Positions 26,459-27,407 of a DNA stretch of 27,407 nucleotides are shown piece by piece. Origin of the DNA: a virus; the IMG/VR virus record IMGVR_UViG_3300034072_001378, positions 99,659 to 127,065 of that record. The stretch is one strand, 5' to 3'. Numbering within the stretch: position 1 is the stretch's first letter; the number at the start of each line of letters is the position of its first letter. The notes under the pieces were generated by a model that saw nothing but the letters and a program-made list of their open reading frames with translations, did not search any database and was not told the origin of the DNA. The position numbers and the translations under genes were made by a program.

Positions 26459-27407
26459 ATGGAAATTATTAGAACAAATAAGTACAGATTGTATCCTAAT
26501 TCTAAACAGAAATCTTTACTTCATAATATGTTTGGACAAACAAGATTTGTATTTAATTCTGTTCTAAATATGATTCAAGAATGTAAATTTGGTTCTTATA
26601 TCAATAAGAAAGGTATGACTTGTGGATCTATTCCATCTCAAACTGTTCTCACTAATCAAGTAACTGAACTAAAGAACAAATATCCATTTCTATATCAAAC
26701 TGGAAATGATTTTTTACAAGCTGAATTAAACAATTTATATCTAGGAACAAAAGGTTTTCTTAAGGGAATATATGGTTATCCTAAATTTAAGTCAAGAAAG
26801 AATAAAGAGCAATCAATTAATCTTAGAGCTGGTTCTAGAGCTAAATTTGATTCTGAATATGTTTATTTACCTTTTGCTAAAGGAACACAATTCAATAAAT
26901 CTGATTTTAAAATTAAATATAAGAAACATAGTACAAATTATTCTCTTCCAGAGAAAATAACTAGTTATACTATATCTAAAGATAATCTAGATAGATATTG
27001 GATTTCATTTACTTTTAAAATAGAATTAAAGTATAAAATAAAAGGAGCAAAAGAAGAAAATAAACAATGTGGTATAGATTTAGGTCTAAAGGATTTAATT
27101 ATAACATCAGATGGGATAAAGATACCAAATGATAATTTAATTAAAAAATCAGAACTTAGATTAACTTTTCTTCAAAGAAGATTGTCTAAGAAGAAAAAGG
27201 GATCAAAGAATAGAAACAAAGTTAGATTAAAAGTAGCTAAATGTCAAGATAAAATTAAGAACAAAAGACAATATAGGAATCATAACATCTCTAGAATGTT
27301 AGTTAATCTTTATGATTTCATAGGAGTTGAGACTTTAGCTGTTAAAAATATGATTAAGAACAAATCTTTATCTAAAGCAATAGCTAATGTTTCATGGTCT
27401 GATATTA
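26459..27407 (+). CDS. tnpB: RNA-guided endonuclease TnpB, 3'-truncated by the window edge
   Basis: Open frame MEIIRTNKYRLYPN...FGQTRFVFN...GYPKFKSRK...CGIDLGLKD (RuvC-I)...LQRRLSKKKKGSKNR.K...IGVETL (RuvC-II)...KAIANVSW. Confidence 0.93.
   Translation, partial: MEIIRTNKYRLYPNSKQKSLLHNMFGQTRFVFNSVLNMIQECKFGSYINKKGMTCGSIPSQTVLTNQVTELKNKYPFLYQTGNDFLQAELNNLYLGTKGFLKGIYGYPKFKSRKNKEQSINLRAGSRAKFDSEYVYLPFAKGTQFNKSDFKIKYKKHSTNYSLPEKITSYTISKDNLDRYWISFTFKIELKYKIKGAKEENKQCGIDLGLKDLIITSDGIKIPNDNLIKKSELRLTFLQRRLSKKKKGSKNRNKVRLKVAKCQDKIKNKRQYRNHNISRMLVNLYDFIGVETLAVKNMIKNKSLSKAIANVSWSDI

Larger units (their letters stand above)
26190..27407 (+). mobile_element. Non-autonomous IS607-family element (tnpA remnant plus tnpB); left boundary approximate, continues past the window
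   Basis: IS607 TnpA-like fragments directly upstream of a TnpB ORF in the same orientation. Confidence 0.7.

Noticed and set aside
26772-26960. 62-aa plus-strand ORF
   Set aside because: Out-of-frame ORF inside tnpB.
1-27407. CRISPR mini-array or tRNA genes linked to the Cas4-like gene
   Set aside because: No regularly spaced repeat-spacer units or cloverleaf-like GC-rich segments; intergenic gaps are short and explained by promoters and terminators.

Overview
Very AT-rich segment of a T4-like (Tevenvirinae-related) dsDNA myophage. Gene content resembles Campylobacter-type phages, so the host is probably in Campylobacterota (inference). Left part: 3' end of gp61 primase, DsbA, a Cas4-like nuclease, a gp23/gp24-like capsid paralogue, and a cluster of genes whose products share an N-terminal peptide resembling the T4 internal-protein capsid-targeting sequence. 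Middle: a second primase/SF2 helicase, class Ia nrdAB, a late-promoter cassette region (GNAT, HExxH peptidase flanked by a 48-bp direct repeat, likely virion protein) and UvsW with a Hint-like insert. Right part (16.6-26.2 kb): about 25 small early-type genes, including a nucleotidyltransferase and a HAD protein, punctuated by a recurrent TTWA-N12-TATAAT promoter. The window ends in an IS607-type element with a deleted, frameshifted tnpA and an apparently intact tnpB behind a phage-type promoter. No tRNA, rRNA or CRISPR array was seen.
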